In this document: positions 11,334 to 24,131 of the stretch, in pieces
Layout of the letters: each line of letters starts with the position of its first letter
How positions within the stretch are numbered: the stretch's first letter is position 1
DNA from: Pavona decussata
Lineage: Eukaryota
Assembly: GCA_977016875.1 (NCBI GenBank)
Contig: CDRNST010000006.1
Location: forward strand, 4,836,001-4,900,000
DNA: 64,000 bases
Reading direction: 5' to 3'
Program-made: the position numbers and the translations under genes
The notes under the pieces: model-generated
Databases searched by the model: none
What the model saw: only the letters and a program-made list of their open reading frames with translations
Told to the model about the DNA's origin: nothing

Positions 11334-12429
11334 GTAACTGCTTGTGCTTATATATTAAGACTATGGTAAAATCAACATTAATTATATTGGTTGTTATGAA
11401 CCTATATGAAAAATAAGGCTTGCTATCTTGTTGAACGAAACAAAACAAATGCTGGTTATCGGAAAGACTGTTGTCACTTTACACAAAGGCTGATTATCGC
11501 AATACATTTTCACTGGGACAAAATCAAATCTACATGTACATGTATTTTCACAAAACACTAACTTTAAAATGGTTACATGAGGGGTGATTGCCAAATAAAA
11601 CAATATAATATTTTATAATTTGGCAAAATTTATTTACTTCTAAATTAATGTATAACAACCGGTTTTGCAAAAAGATAAATACTATTGAATTAAATTTTAC
11701 TTTTTTGGGAAAATGCTGTGTCAACCTGGTGAGTTAATGTTCTGGTTGTTCTTTAGCCTGCGAGCAGTCATTATACTTTTTTACTCAGATGACGTGCACA
11801 AAGTGTCAGTAAAATTATGCAAATTAGAAAAGGGAATGATGAGAGATTGAGGAGAGGGAGGAAAAAGTATGACTTAGGACATGATCCATTGACTTTCCAA
11901 TTATGATTTCTGAGATTTACATTTATTTATTAAATGGAACAGCATTTTGCACTTCAAACGGCCAGTAATCGACATCAACAGATTATTCTCTGACACGCTT
12001 TAGCTAGTTCTTCTAAGGTACAGTGTATCATTTCATTTTCACAGTGTTTGCTTTAAGACACAAAACTTTCCACCATATTTTAACCTTTAAAGTAGTTGCA
12101 AGAAGTATTATCGATCGATGCATTATTGTAGGAATTCAGATGCTAAGTTTAAAAGCGTTTTTCTGGAGTCATTCTTCTTTGTTTTCCTCTCACCCAGTGA
12201 CTGACAATCAATGAATGGGACATGCTACATGTATGTTTCCTTCATTATCAACAAAAACAGCATATAGAAAGAATTCTAAATCATCTGAGGTGTAGGGTGG
12301 TGAAACACACTACATTTAACACTACTGAACATTTACACATTTACAAGTAAAAAAATGCTGAAATCCACTTGAGTATCTAGCGCCCAATTGTGCCATGTTG
12401 CTCAGAATCCTTTTTGCCCACCATCAAGT

Positions 12430-12970
12430 CTTTGCTGTACGGTTGATGCATATGGATTCTGAGCTTTTATTGAAATTTATTGGGTATTTCCCAGACTACC
12501 TTTTGGCATTGTCTTGTACGCTTTTACACATTTTTGGACAACCTTTGTCGAAACAACGGTATACAGATTTGCAATGATAGGGGAGTACAGGGGACCCTAT
12601 GGTTCAGCCCTGGATCTGCTTGTAAAATTTCCCTTGAACAGGAAATAGGGGGCTGAGAGAACAAAATCCAGAAGGCTGATGATCCAATGTGAAGTGAGCC
12701 TAGTCTTGTTCCTCCAACTATCTGCTTTCCAGTTTGGTTTTGACACACTGGATCACCGATAGTATGGAAACACTGGAGTAGAGCGTTGTAACAGTAGTGT
12801 GGGGAACACCTGAAGAACTCTGAGGACACTCCTTGGACATGTCTTCAACCAGAATCATTGTGAAGGAAACTGACATCCTGAGAAGGAGGATCAGAAAAGC
12901 CATAGAGGTACAGTGCCAGTGGCCTCACTCTCATTTGAGACTCACAGTGGTTACAATCTACCAGCTGTCT
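12430..12970 (+). mobile_element. Degenerate Penelope-like element 3' fragment (GIY-YIG C-terminal part)
   Basis: Fragment STRIIVKETDILRRRIRKAIEV resembles PLE GIY-YIG C-termini; heavily broken. Confidence 0.5.
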
Positions 12971-13000
12971 TTTTGGAAAAAAGTTTTCAAGTCAAATCAC

Positions 13001-13697
13001 TATAGATGGAACCTCTCGTAGGGGACCACCTCTCATAAGCGACCACTTTTATAAATGATTGTTTAAAATTTTCAATTGTTTTCAACCTCCTGTAGGCAAC
13101 CACTTGACACACAGTCTGCTGTATCTCTAACGGGCGGAAATTGCAAATGTGTCGCTGTAACATATTGGCCCACATCGATCATTACAGCCAGCTAGAGCTA
13201 CGGGAAGTGTCTCCCAAAATACAGTTTAGCATTGAAACAATAAATTTATTGATAACATACACATGCACTATAGTGTACACTGAAAAAGACTTTAGGAAAG
13301 AAACTCTCTTATCTTATAAATAGCATGTATGTTCATACCTGACCTGTGATGACTCTCTCAACCTTGTATTACTCAACAGAAAAAGTGAGGCAATAGTGAA
13401 TGTCAACTGGATTAATTGTAACAAACAAACAAACAAACAAACAAACGCGACAGTTGTTTTTTTTTATGCTTGAAATGTAACATAGCAAAAATGCTGTTAA
13501 CTGTTTGTTCCTAAATCAGGCAGTCTAAAGAAAAGTTATTACTATTGGTTTCCGTAAGCAGTCTGGCAAAGGGGTTAGGTCTAAGCAATTACCATATGTA
13601 AATTACCCGAAATTTAGACCCCCTATAGTCTGACCTCTGGTTAGCCACCACATATCCTTGACATTATGGGTGTTCGATTAAGGGAGGTTCGACTGTA
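13001..13697. mobile_element. Tc1/pogo-type MITE, degenerate left end
   Basis: Right end GGAGGTTCGACTG-TA; left TAGATGGAACCTC with TAAGCGACCAC subterminal repeats. Confidence 0.55.
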
Positions 13698-14017
13698 TAA
13701 TTATTCACAAAATGGCAGGATCAGGAAACTATTTATTTTCTCAAATTGTCCCAATACATTTTTTGTGATGAAAGGTAGCCAAACATGAATGATTACGCTC
13801 AGTCATGTTTGTTTTGATAACTTAAGATGGATTTTTTCCCACAAAATCGATATATATATTTTTCAGAGTGGGTGAAGTTGTCAATAAAACAACCGGCCGT
13901 GTGTAAATAGCGATAAATCACGAGGATCAAAAGATCATCTGCAGTCTGTTTCTAAAATTTTTAGTAGACAGTCTTATTTTTCAGACAATGATGGATCGAG
14001 GCTGAATATAGATATAG

Positions 14018-14405
14018 TATACCTGCCAACTCTCATGCATTATGCTTGAGTCTCATGCCTGCGGACCAAAGACATCGATCTCACGCATCAAGGACAATTT
14101 CTCATGGCTGACTCATAAATCTGGATAAAGTTGTTCTAAAAAAACTTCATTTCAGATTTGTTATGTATTATTTCTTTGCTCCTTATAACAAATCGCACAA
14201 GCTTTCAAATGTGGTCAAATGTCTACAATCCGTTTGAATCGTAATTTAGTGTTCAAAGGTCGTCGGAATATCGTCGGACATTTTTGGCAAATTATGTTCG
14301 GAAGTCTTCGGAAAAGCTTCAGAAGTGGCTTGGACGTTTTCGGAATCCCGGTCATGACAAGACAAAAATCTCACGCCTTTGACTCAGAAAAAGTTGGCAG
14401 GTATA
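14018..14405. mobile_element. MITE with TIR TATACCTGCCAACT
   Basis: Inverted ends; second copy at 18053-18404. Confidence 0.75.
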
Positions 14406-15767
14406 ATATAGATCTTTGCTACACTTGCATGGATAGAGTTCAAGCAGGATAATAGGGATTGAGGAACATGCAAATTCCCCAAACACTAATATCATAAATT
14501 ATGTAAGTTACACTTGGTATTATGGTCTTTAAGTAGATTTCAAGTAAAGTTCCTACTGGTAAATACTTTTTAATGCCCGGCCCCAATCTTTTGTACAATT
14601 ATTTCCTGACAAACAAGATATGATTGGCCCAAGAGAGTCCAATTGATCTTTCCTAACTCCATGGCAGGTTGTCAAAGTAAGTGATACATGTAGGTTTGAA
14701 AGTTGTTAGAGCCAAGGTGACTAGGTAATGAACCAACAAAATTTCTTTACCGGTATAATTTACCTGTTTTATCTGGGTGAATTAAGTAAGTTCATTTTTT
14801 ACACTCCACAACAAAATTTATGTTGTTTAGCATTCACTGTGAAGATGAACAATAATTCCATCACCATTTTGACCAAGAGAAGATAATGTACTAGTCTTGT
14901 TGACATATAGAAAAGCATAGTGGAGTCTTAAGGCAGTCGAGAGATTGTTGAAAAATATTGTGTACAGTCTTGCTTGGAGAGAGTCAGTTCTGGAACACCA
15001 CAATGGATGTCACCATGTTGGGATTTACACCCAGGTAGTCAATGATCCATTCATTTATCAAGCCCAAATGCCAATGGTGTGTAGTTTGTGTGAATTAAGA
15101 ATACCATAAGAAACAAATGTCTTTTGGAACATTATCTATAGATATGGCACCAATGGTATAACCATTCTCTAGGGCTTAAGTTCCCATTTCTCAGTCATAA
15201 TATTAGAGAGATTAAGAATCGTGTTTATGGCAAACAGCAAACGTTATACATGTATTAGCGTTAATTTATGTTTTCTTGAAAATTTGAAAGAGTTCAAAGA
15301 TGAGAATAGTGCAACCTAGTTCTGGCCTTTGATGCTAACACAAAACTACACGATTTGACAGAGAAACTGAAAACAGCAAGCAGCAAATATATGATAAACA
15401 GGGTCACATGGTCATGTCTCATGTTTGCCGTGTGCGGTTTGCAGAGATGCCAACCTCTGAAGATCTGAAATCTGGAGATTTTTATCTTCTGAGCACCCCT
15501 CCCCCCTAAACAAAATTGATGTACTTAACCCCCCCCCCCTCATTGGACCAAATGTGCATGAAACTAGAGCTTTTTGTCCTGCTCTTTAATAACTATTGGT
15601 TGAACGTTTATATCCAATCAGACAGTCGCTTATATTGCAATGATGTTGGTTTCGGTCACAGTTTGTGGCAGATTGGGTAAAACGGGTATGCAAATTTAGC
15701 CATGACACAATATTTCTTAAATTTACGGAAAATTTAAAGATGGCGTTAACTGATGACTAAGATGCCA

Positions 15768-15919
15768 GTTGAAGGGGTGCGTGGAAAAAAGCCTTAAGTG
15801 ACATCTGATTGAGTGCTTAATTCTCCTAGTAAATTGCCCTTTCTTCCTTGTATGAGCAAAGGAGAATTTGACATAAGATCAGATGTCACTTAGGGCTTTT
15901 TTCCACTCACCCCTTCAGT
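15768..15919. mobile_element. Palindromic MITE (TTGAAGGGGTG... family); second copy at 36435-36591
   Basis: About 45 bp imperfect inverted arms; related copy elsewhere in the window. Confidence 0.7.
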
Positions 15920-16335
15920 TGTTGCAGATGTTTTAGCAATAGCCAGGCTGTGTGCAGGAATACCGTCAGGTCCAGATGCAGATTGTTGCATTTCATGTCT
16001 TTTAAGTTATGATGTTTATCGTAATGTCCTGAATTGTCAGGCTATTACTCTGTATGTGTATCCTTGTGGTAATTGGCCTTTGTGTTAAGGGACATAACAA
16101 TAGCAATATTGACTATATTTTCTGATAACCACCACTTGCTTCTCAACTTTTTGTTTCATTTTGTTTCACAAAATAGCACATTAAACTTTAGCATGGAATT
16201 TGCTGCCTGGCAGTCATTTTGTCCAACAAGCCTAAATTGCCTTACATGTAAGATGATTGTTTTTTAATTAGAGTTCTTTAATCATGATCTAAAACTGTAT
16301 GTTGAAATATTTTTGCAATAACTTTATCCCTCTAG

Positions 16336-16461
16336 AAATTTGTGTGTACATATATTCACCCAACGCTTCTGCCTTACAAAGAAGTTTATGATTATGATGG
16401 CTGTGCCCAATTTGTATCTGATTATCTAACGTTGGTACCACTGGATCCACCAATTGACTTG
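16336..16461 (+). CDS. DRC7: DRC7 coding exon 3
   Basis: KFVCTYIHPTLLPYKEVYDYDGCAQFVSDYLTLVPLDPPIDL; AG/GTAAGT boundaries. Confidence 0.93.
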
Positions 16462-16943
16462 GTAAGTGTTTTTACTTGGTAAATAAATTGTAGATCTGCA
16501 AAGTCCAGTCCTCTAGCCATCTTATCCCACAGCATCATCATTCAATTGCCTTTCTCATGATACAGTCAACCACAAATAAGAAAACAATCCTGATTGCAGC
16601 AGCCCTGCTACACACCTGCCCTCTCATCAAACAAATTGTTTGGATGTAACCCATCTACAACCGCACATTTCCTCTCCTTTTACAAAGCTTGCACCAAGTT
16701 GAATTATTTTTAGTGGAAAACCATGTATAACCAGATGTAACTAATTGATGATCACTGACATCTTGCGAGTAATCAATGAGTAATCAACTATTAGTAATTG
16801 ATTATTAACGATGATCAATGGGTAATTAATGAACTGAAATGAAAAAACAATGAACAAAAAATTTGTGGCCTTTCGATTGCTCATAGATTACACATACATC
16901 ATTATGCTGCATAAAAAGCTGACAGGCCAAACATGACTTCCGC

Positions 16944-17172
16944 TAAGTGTATACAATATGCGAGCCAGCGAGGCATGCGAGGCAGACGTGCGAGGCCAAC
17001 ATAAACCGCTAACCGTTAAGCTAGCCGGGGAGCTATTTAAGCTAACGTACCTGAGTGCTATTTAGGCTAACTGGAGTGCTCTTTAGGCTAACCGGAGTGT
17101 CTTTTAGACTACCCTGAGTGCCTCACACGTCTGCCTCGCATGCCTCGCTGGCTCGCAGATTGTGCATCCCTA
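16944..17172. mobile_element. hAT-like MITE with internal ~20 bp tandem repeats
   Basis: Arms TGCGAGCCAGCGAGGCATGCGAGGCAGACGTG / reverse complement; flanks CTTCCGCT / CTTCTGCT (about 8-bp TSD); GAGTGCT.TTTAGGCTAAC repeats. Confidence 0.7.
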
Positions 17173-18052
17173 CTTCTGCTGGTCACTAGATGTACCTTTA
17201 GACCTCAGTAGTGCGCTACTGAAGTAATATTTACATTGTATTTGTCATTTGCTTTTTTGCTGTCCGCCATTGCTGACGTATATTTCAGAGCCCCAGTTCC
17301 CACCCCACCCTTCATTCAAGTTGATAAGATACACTCTGTTGGTTATAGATATTCTTTATTAAGATTGTCATCATGGAGTCTTTCTAAGCTTATAACTGAC
17401 GTTGTTTAATATTACTGTATTTTTGCGTACATTACGTATAATGTTAGGCTGAATTGTTTTGAGAAATAAAAGGGTCAGTTGGCGGCGGTTAGCTTGACAC
17501 TGGCTCCCAGAGGTGTGTGAGAAATTTATTAATTTATTTATCAGCTTTATCGGACACACCAAAATAGGACACAAACAAAACAGACATACAAGGATCAAAA
17601 TGACTGGTCCAATGGGTATTGCACAAAATGGGACAACAAGACCCATGCAAGGCGAACCGGCCCTTAAACATCATAAATACATATAAAATACATTAAGAAA
17701 TCTTCAGTTAAGCACAGTGGCAAGGGCAGTCTCTTACAAGACACCAATTTTTTGTACAAGACATGTCAGTATCGTAGCTGGAGTCCAACAAAGTGGCATA
17801 GGTGGCATGCAGAAAATGTTAAAAAAATTCTAGGATGGCAAATTGTTTAGGGGAGGCTATGTTTACACACAGTATTCCAGAGTTTCACAATTCTATGAAA
17901 ATATGAAGCCTGAAAAGTGGACGGGTTCTGCAGTAAGCTGATTTCAGAATTGGACATGGATTGGTAAATTTGTGACTCCCGGTTTGAAGGCTTTTAGGTC
18001 ACACTGTTGGTTTAAGTAAACGGGTCTGATGCTTCAGATGCCTTCGTTATAG

Positions 18053-18404
18053 TATACCTGCCAACTCTCACACATTATACGTGAGTATCACGCCTGCAGA
18101 CTAACACAGCAATCTCATGCATCGAGGACAATTTCTCATGTCTGACTCACAAATCCGGACAAGTTGTTCTAAAAAAACTTTGTTTCAGATTTGGTATGTA
18201 TTATTTCTTTGCTCTTTATAACAGTCGCATGCAAAAGCTTTCAAGTGTCCAGGGAAGTGTCTACAATCTGTTTGAATCAGAAGTGTCCAAAGGTCGTCCG
18301 AATATCTTCGGACATTCTCGGTAACATTTGGAAAAGGTCGGAAATCTTCGGAAGTGGCTTGGACGTTTTTGAAAATCCTGGTCATGACAAGACAAAAATC
18401 TCAT
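18053..18404 (+). mobile_element. Second, right-truncated copy of the TATACCTGCCAACT MITE
   Basis: Colinear similarity to 14018-14405. Confidence 0.7.
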
Positions 18405-18630
18405 TTTGATCAAATTTTTTTTCTCTTTTTTATTCCAATTCCATTGAAGAGTTACAGAGAGATAACTACAAACATACATACAAGCTAAGAAAATACACGT
18501 TCGTGTTCATACAACCCACAATTCCTTGATTGGCTCTGATAGAGGGCTAAAGCTCGAAATGTCGGCACCCAAAGTTTTTACAGTGGCCAAATTACCTTAT
18601 CAACTCTGTCAACTCTGTTGATAAAATCAA

Positions 18631-19967
18631 TTATTATATGGCAAGGTAGTCTTGAGGTAAATCCGCGCATTCTGATTGGTTCTTTCTTGGTCGGGATTTT
18701 ACCATACGGACCGTTTCCGTGGAAACGGTCATAAGCTGTGTATTTTTGTTTAGGATAAGCGGCAAATTTGAAAATTTGCAGCTAAAACTGCGACAAGAAA
18801 ATTTGAAAATACTTTCATTCTTTGCAAAGAAACTACCCAAAAGACTGATTCCAACATGGACGAAAAAGAATATCATTTACAAAGCAAATTTTACCATCCC
18901 AAAGATGTAGAAACCTCTGAAACAGGCATCAGCGAAGGCCACGAAGCCATTGACGATTTCGTTAACAAACAGAGAAGTGAAAACACAAAAGGAAGACGTC
19001 TACTAATATGATCACGCTATTCCGTTTTATTGAAGCTAATGGCTTAAATAGTCAAACAATTGAAAGCCTACCTGCATCCAAGCTTGACCACCTTTCGTCA
19101 ATTTTTTTTATGAACGTACGCAGGAAAAGGTGAATACGAGCCAGCAACGTTTTCCAGTTTTCAGCGCAATATACAGCGATACTTATCTGAGAAGAAATAT
19201 CCATTCAACATACTCAAGGACATGAGTTTGAAAAATCGAGAAGAGTTCTTGCTGCAAGTCACAAGTCACTAATTCACAACTGAACACGACAGAAGAAACA
19301 AGCTGCAAGCCGCTCAGGCGATTGACGAAAACGAAGAAACTGCTCTTTTTGAGGCAGGAGAATTCGGCGACTCCAATACAGTTGCACTTCAAAGAACTGT
19401 GTGGTGGTTTTTATCCCTACACTTGGGTTTCCAAGCCAGAGATGAGAGCGCTGAGTTAATGCTGCTTCTTTTAAAGTTGAATGTGATTTTCACGGCAACC
19501 TTTTTTTGATCCGTACTTTGTGATGGGCTAGTAAAGTTTCGACGAAACCAGTTTTGTGAGTTTCAAAAACAAACCGCAGCTGTTAAGATTTTCGTCAAAT
19601 TCTGCTACAAATCGTTCTTGAAGTCTTTTCTATAATCAACATGATTACATGTAAACGTTCAGTAAATTTGCTTTCAAACTCGTGCTACCGAAGCTTGTTC
19701 TTTCTGGGTTGCTCGCGTCATCAAAAACACGTCACGCGGGAAACCCTTTGAATTCAAGTGACCGGAAGTGCGTTTTTATAAATAAACAAGTTTGCTCCAA
19801 GTGCCATATAATAAACTACTTACTAACCTAGCTTGCTCGAGCCGTACTGGGGAATATTGGCCCTCGGTCGTTTTTGTACAGACCTCACTGCGCTCGGTCC
19901 GCACTGCTACGACCTCGGGCCAATATTCCCCAGTACGGCCCCTGCGCTCGGTTAGTAAGAGGTTAAT
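18631..19967 (+). mobile_element. Crypton-like (DUF3504 tyrosine recombinase) element, internally deleted and degenerate
   Basis: Broken frames similar to the 53.3-55.3 kb copy (EYEPATFSSFQRNIQRYL; GEFGDSNTVALQRTVWWFLSLHLGFQARDES); 13-bp IR at 18631-18643 / 19802-19814; 3' hairpin 19819-19959. Confidence 0.8.
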
Positions 19968-20039
19968 ATTCATTTCCACTCTCTACTGATGGATCCTAAT
20001 GCAGCACCACAGTTTCTTTAGAAACTGTCCCAAAAATAT

Positions 20040-21935
20040 TGGACTTGACTGTTTGCTCTGCCAGGTGGAGGTTATGGGTGTTTGATTCTTTTGACAACTC
20101 CTGCTTGTGTGTGATGTCGACCATCAATTTGACTTTGTTTAGTCTGAAATATTGTTTGGTTTGATTAAGTCCACTGTTCTTCCTAGAGAAGTGCTCTATC
20201 AGTGCAACAAAGTGGCAGCCATGGTCTTTTTCTGCTCTTTAGGGTTATGCTTCTTCTCCAAACAAGTTAAGTCACCAACGACACACAAAACACCATCAAA
20301 ACCCTCCAGGGCTGACATCATTACCTGCTGGAATTCCTCTGGGGCGCTTGGTATACTGAATGGGAGGGGCTGCTAGCAATACTGGCTGAAGGAGTTGTGC
20401 TTACCTGTGAATTGAGAAATGATTAGACTTCATTGAGGGCAACATGAGTGGTTTCCTCTTGGATGTCAATAAGTGAGAAGCATTTGGCATGGCACAGTTT
20501 GTGTACTTGCTTTGATAGCATTGGCATCTGGTACACTGGGCAAATAATTACCATATTAATCCTCGTGCTAGGGTCAATGCAAAGTCTTATTTTCTTTGGC
20601 ACATGAGGGGATGCACAAGGCTAAAACCATAAGTACCTATTTTCCTAAGGAGGTGCGGTTTCCATTGGTGTTATGAGGCGTCAACAGAGAGCCAGATATC
20701 TTGTCATCACTCCTGTTTCAAGGATCATTTTCCATGTCCGCTTTTTTATTTTTTTATTTCCGCCTTTGCGTGGCAAAACCCAAGAGTTTTTCAGATTGTT
20801 TTCTAAAGGTTCAGCTGTTTGCTATTTGTTGAGTTAGCTGGTTTCCCTCCACATATGAGACATATGTTCTTTTTTTTCTTACGGTTTTGGTGCCCAGTTT
20901 GAAGATGCAGTGGTCTAAGTTTCAGAAGCTTATTTCCTCCAGTCAGAACTAAATGGAGGACTTATGCGAACTGCAAATCCTTCCAAGCTCTAAAACGTTT
21001 CCAAGGAGATGCTTGCCAGGGATTCTATTGCATCATCTACATGTGCACGGGTATGGGTATCATCCAACCATCATGCGAGATGAATTTGAACTTGTCAACA
21101 AAATAGGTAGCATCCGAAATTGCTCCTAAAATTACCATTGCAGCCAGGCAGCGCTCAATTTGTATTGATCAGAATGGTGGGTGACCTATATCACCTTACA
21201 TTAATGCATGGGAGAAATTCTTCTCTCTCTATAAGCTACAATCTAAGGCCATATTTTCTGGGACAGATATGAAAATAACGTTTGCAGTGTACGTTTGTGT
21301 TCTGGATATCTATAACCTGAGTCTCCGTGTGAAGTTTTGGAAGCCCCCGCCTCCCCAAAGCAATGTTGATAGTCACTGAAATCGCTCAGTTTGTACATAA
21401 ACACAGCAACATGACAACACTGCAAGGGGACAAAGGGGCAGGGAGGTATTCCATATTGAGTTTTGGAAATTGTCTCAACATATTGGTCCAGGATTGTAGT
21501 TGTACTGTGTTCCATAATCTGCACATAGTCCTTACATTCCAACTCCCAAGGGGGAGCGTCCTCCTATAATTTGCCAATGAGATGTTCAGTCTGTATGCCT
21601 CCCTGCAGCATCAGCCTGCACAGTATGTCACCACCATTGCCCCAGGTGGTGAAGTTTTGCTATTCCCATAGAAGATTGCATTGGTTGAGCTGTGAATTTA
21701 AGAGGTTTAAATTTCTATAATATGATGTGTTTTCTGGGATGGTGTGATTATCCCCATGCGCAACTTTGCCTACCTGGAGGATAACAGAACATCCTTTGTC
21801 TGAGATCTCTCCCCTGACCTGTCTGGTAAGGTTACACCTACCAGGGACCACAGTCCCAGCAAGCATGTAGCTCTTGGGGTCATTAAACCTTACAAGGCCA
21901 GTCAACGTGATAAATATAGCCCAGCATGAGGCCAT
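20040..21935 (-). mobile_element. Degenerate RTE-type LINE 5' portion
   Basis: MANYRRTLPLGSWNVRTM is an APE N-terminal motif typical of RTE; downstream frames are broken; extent approximate. Confidence 0.55.
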
Positions 21936-22571
21936 TGCCTGTATAGACTTTTCAATCAGACAAAGCCCATCATTAGCTAGTTTTAAAAGAGTGTAAGAAA
22001 TGTAAATAGTCTTTAGTCCAATTTTTATATATTCATATATTAGTCTTTATTTTTCTTTTTTTTGTTCTTTTTAATTTTCGAGGACTCTTTTGTTAATCAC
22101 TTATTAGTGAAATTGATTTCCTCAATAAAGATTATTATTATTTACTGATAATAAAAGGCATTGATCATGATCATTTGGCTCCACGGCAGGTAATCATAAG
22201 CTTGTTTAAATCGTCTCTGGCAGGTCGTCAATATGTTGTGTCCCCAGCAGTCCATCCCTGTCACCTTATAGTTTCATTATGTAGGGCAGTTATGATGGGC
22301 ATTAAGATGGCCCTGGCATCTTTACCTGTTGGAAATAGCCTTTCCTGTACATGTGTGTCCAGTCCAGGATTACTCTCCAGCAATGATATTAGTGCCCATT
22401 TATATATTGGGGGGGGGGGGGGGGAGATGGGTAAATTTGGATAATGAATTTGTTTTCTAATGAAAAGGAACATACTTATACGTCAACAGACCTCCACTAA
22501 ACAATACCTTTTGATGATGTCAAAAATCAAAATTAATTTAATTAATGTCTTCTATGTTGTTGTGTCTACAG

Positions 22572-22766
22572 CCAACTAGCCTGGTTTCTCCTACTAGTGT
22601 ATTGAAGTGTCAAAAGGGAAATTGTTTCGATTACAGTGTCTTGTTGTGTTCTTTGCTAATTGGAGCTGGTTATGATGCTTACTGCGTTTGTGGGTATGCA
22701 ACCAGAGAAACAACACTGATGGATGAAACACGTGAGATTTGTCCCCTTCTGAGGAAGAAAGACGAG
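22572..22766 (+). CDS. DRC7: DRC7 coding exon 4 (transglutaminase-like, GNCFDY)
   Basis: PTSLVSPTSVLKCQKGNCFDYSVLLCSLLIGAGYDAYCVCGYATRETTLMDETREICPLLRKKDE. Confidence 0.95.
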
Positions 22767-24131
22767 GTTAGTTGGTCAAAGATAAATATACAAGTTGATG
22801 TATTTATCCCTTTAAAAAGGGAGAAGTTTGACTGTATAGTTGACATTATGAAAGCCACAAAGGGCCAAGCATTCTTCACTCCCTGCAGTATTTATATCAA
22901 GTAAACGTAAAGTTCTGAACTTAAATATACTCCAATCGCTTAGAAGATAAACCACCCAAGTTTTAGAGGCAAACATCAATCTTGTTATAAGCTGTCCTTG
23001 GAATGTTACAGTATATTACCGGTTAGTGTTTTGAGCTGGTGACTTAGGTTTTCAAGTAATTTAAAGCTGTCTTTATTATTAGTCCCAATCAATTTCAAAA
23101 TGCAAATAAAATTATCTCCAATATTAAGACCCCCACTTAAAAAAAGCTTTTAATTAGTCCCTGAAAAAGGTTTTTGAAGAAATGTTAAACCCTGTGCCTA
23201 TACTCCGAATTTCATTGTAATTAGTAAAAATACTGTAGGTTTTATTGCAATTAAATTTAATGTGTTATGGTTGATATTAGTTCTACAATCACTCTTCAAA
23301 TGATTTGTTGAGTTGCAGCTGCGTATATAGCATTTTGTTTCTTCAAACTGGATCGCGTCATCAACATTGTCTGAAATGCTTGGAAGGGTTTTTAGATCTT
23401 TTAACCAGCTGGGTTTCTCAAACATGTGAAGTTGTGTATTCGATGGTAACAGTATTAGACATCACTGCCCATAAGGATTACCCATGATAGTTCTTTTGTA
23501 CTGCATGGTTGCAAACGTCTGTAATCTTGAGCTCACTGAAGTCTCAGATTTATCATTCACCACCCCTTATTATTAATAACAAGAAGCTGTGTGAACTTCA
23601 TTGCTGTGCTTTGATGCTCCGTGACTTCAATGATTACCCTCTTTTCCACCTTCCCTGATTTGAGGAACTATATTATCTACACTTTCATCTGAGCTCAGCT
23701 TAAGGTTCTGTTCTTGTGAGAACCAGTCACATACATTGTTTGACTGAATAACCTGTTGTGTGGTTCCAGAAAAAATCCATACTCCCCCCCTGTAATTGTC
23801 GGGCAAGGAACACTCGTCATGCTTCCAAGGCATACCAATAGTGTAGCAACTATCCACAAATGTCAAGGAATTAGCAACTGTATCTATAGCCAATTTCTTG
23901 TCCGGTTTGACAACCTCAATTTCTGGGGCTTTGTCTATGTTCCAGTAGGTCGTTTCACTTGTCTGAGTCATTGAGAAAGAATGTAAAATTAGGCTGGCCT
24001 CTCTTTGCATCCATCTCTGGGTTTCCAATGCATGTCCATCCCAACGGAGTCAGTCAAGCTATAGATTCTCCAGGCCCTCCTCTGACATCTTCCAATAAGT
24101 CGGCGTGGTCCACTCCAATAAGTAAGTCTAC

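Noticed and set aside
17020-17120. Regular ~20 bp repeats resembling a CRISPR array
   Set aside because: No unique spacers, no cas genes, eukaryotic intron; internal minisatellite of a MITE.
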